Shown in pieces: positions 63,519 through 64,000 of a DNA stretch of 64,000 nucleotides. The DNA comes from Candidatus Rokuibacteriota bacterium (lineage in GTDB: Bacteria > Methylomirabilota > Methylomirabilia > Rokubacteriales > CSP1-6), in assembly GCA_005887895.1 (NCBI GenBank), contig VBPC01000157.1, positions 69,075 to 133,074 of the forward strand. Reading direction: 5' to 3'. Below the pieces are notes generated by a model, which was not told the DNA's origin, made no database searches, and saw nothing but the letters and a program-made list of their open reading frames with translations. The position numbers and the translations under genes were made by a program. How positions within the stretch are numbered: the first letter of the stretch is position 1; the number at the start of each line of letters is the position of its first letter.

Positions 63519-63739
63519 TGACCGCCGAACTCCCACGCTGCGCCGTCTGCCGTGTACCGATCGCGGCCGGCCAGAATGTCTTGTTTCGACGGGATGGCCG
63601 CGTGCAGCACGCTGAGAGTCCGAAGGTGATCTGTCCGGTCTGTGGGGTGGCGGTGCTCCATGCCCAGCCAACCCGCAGAGACGGCGATCGTCTCGTCCAT
63701 GCCAATTGTTGGATGCGGGTGCACCGAACGTCACGCTGA
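63518..63739 (+). CDS. small Cys/His-rich hypothetical protein (two CxxC modules)
   Basis: Translationally coupled to the upstream ORF. It has two CxxC modules: CAVCRVPI..RVQH and CPVCGVAV..LVHANC. Confidence 0.4.
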   Translation: MTAELPRCAVCRVPIAAGQNVLFRRDGRVQHAESPKVICPVCGVAVLHAQPTRRDGDRLVHANCWMRVHRTSR

Positions 63740-63926
63740 GACGACCAAGGTTGCCCTCCACGCTCGGCGGAGTCCTTCTTGTCGGATCGCTCCGCATGCA
63801 GTTGGCCGCTGCCGTGAATCCGACGGCACTCCCTTGGAGTGGGGCTCACGCTCGCCCTAACGCGTAGTATGCTCGGCCGATGGCGACGCGATCGAGCCGG
63901 CGGGCGCGGGCGCCGTGGGGGAACTG

Positions 63927-64000
63927 ATGCGCCAGTTCGACGTCATCACCTTCGACTGCTACGGGACGCTCATCGACTGGGAGGCCGGTATCGCCGACGC
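63927..64000 (+). CDS. HAD-superfamily hydrolase (haloacid dehalogenase type II-like), N-terminal fragment running off the window
   Basis: MRQFDVITFDCYGTLIDWEAGIAD matches HAD motif I (DxYGTL). The frame is open to the window end. Confidence 0.6.
   Translation, partial: MRQFDVITFDCYGTLIDWEAGIAD

Noticed and set aside
62263-64000. The lower-GC terminal region as a genomic island or prophage edge.
   Set aside because: No integrase, transposase, tRNA or att-like repeat is visible within the window. The compositional shift is modest (about 58-67% GC).

Overview
This is a gene-dense bacterial chromosomal segment of about 70% GC with strong GC3 bias. I found no rRNA, tRNA, CRISPR array, transposase or integrase. 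All family calls come from motif recognition by eye; no searches were run. Sigma-54 promoters plus an NtrC-type activator, a Pal lipoprotein, TAT signals and Bug/TctC, LLM and CoxLMS-type genes point to a high-GC diderm lineage (Rokubacteria- or Myxococcota-like; inference only).

Gene content in order:
- 1-10.2 kb: housekeeping genes, namely a 2-hydroxyacid dehydrogenase tail, HtrA-like protease, moaB, glcDEF, UDG and an orphan E1-like ThDP enzyme.
- 10.4-25.5 kb: a signalling island with GAF-GGDEF, an NtrC-family activator, a degenerate NucS-like/low-complexity protein, REC-GAF-HD-GYP, REC, two paralogous SAM methyltransferases, a secreted unknown protein, STAS, GNAT, a 7TM-GAF histidine kinase and a REC-GAF hybrid kinase. 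Candidate sigma-54 promoters precede three of its transcription units.
- 25.5-30.1 kb: glk, a class I aldolase and a GH63-like hydrolase.
- 30.3-34.4 kb: a peptide-type ABC importer lacking ATPases.
- 34.4-39.6 kb: GGDEF coupled to a JmjC-cupin, a NYN-LOTUS protein, and a GatC/AtzG-like small protein plus amidase.
- 39.7-43.8 kb: coxL-G-M-S-like molybdoenzyme genes.
- 43.8-47.5 kb: LLM oxidoreductases (one with an in-frame TAG), a TctC remnant and an aminotransferase.
- 48.1-52.6 kb: an ATP-grasp / KamA aminomutase / cNMP-gated ABC exporter operon. This is my best candidate for an undescribed system.
- 52.9-60.4 kb: pal, an isochorismatase, a broken amidase and an amide/branched-chain-type ABC importer.
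- 60.4-64 kb: a secreted hydrolase, REC, and a lower-GC stretch with a P460-like remnant, small Cys-rich ORFs and the start of a HAD hydrolase.

Other recurring signals:
- A conserved ~75-nt double-hairpin repeat sits between convergent genes (4-5 copies).
- TANNNT boxes lie 6-9 nt upstream of several start codons, suggesting leaderless mRNAs.
- Several genes carry internal deletions relative to their families.
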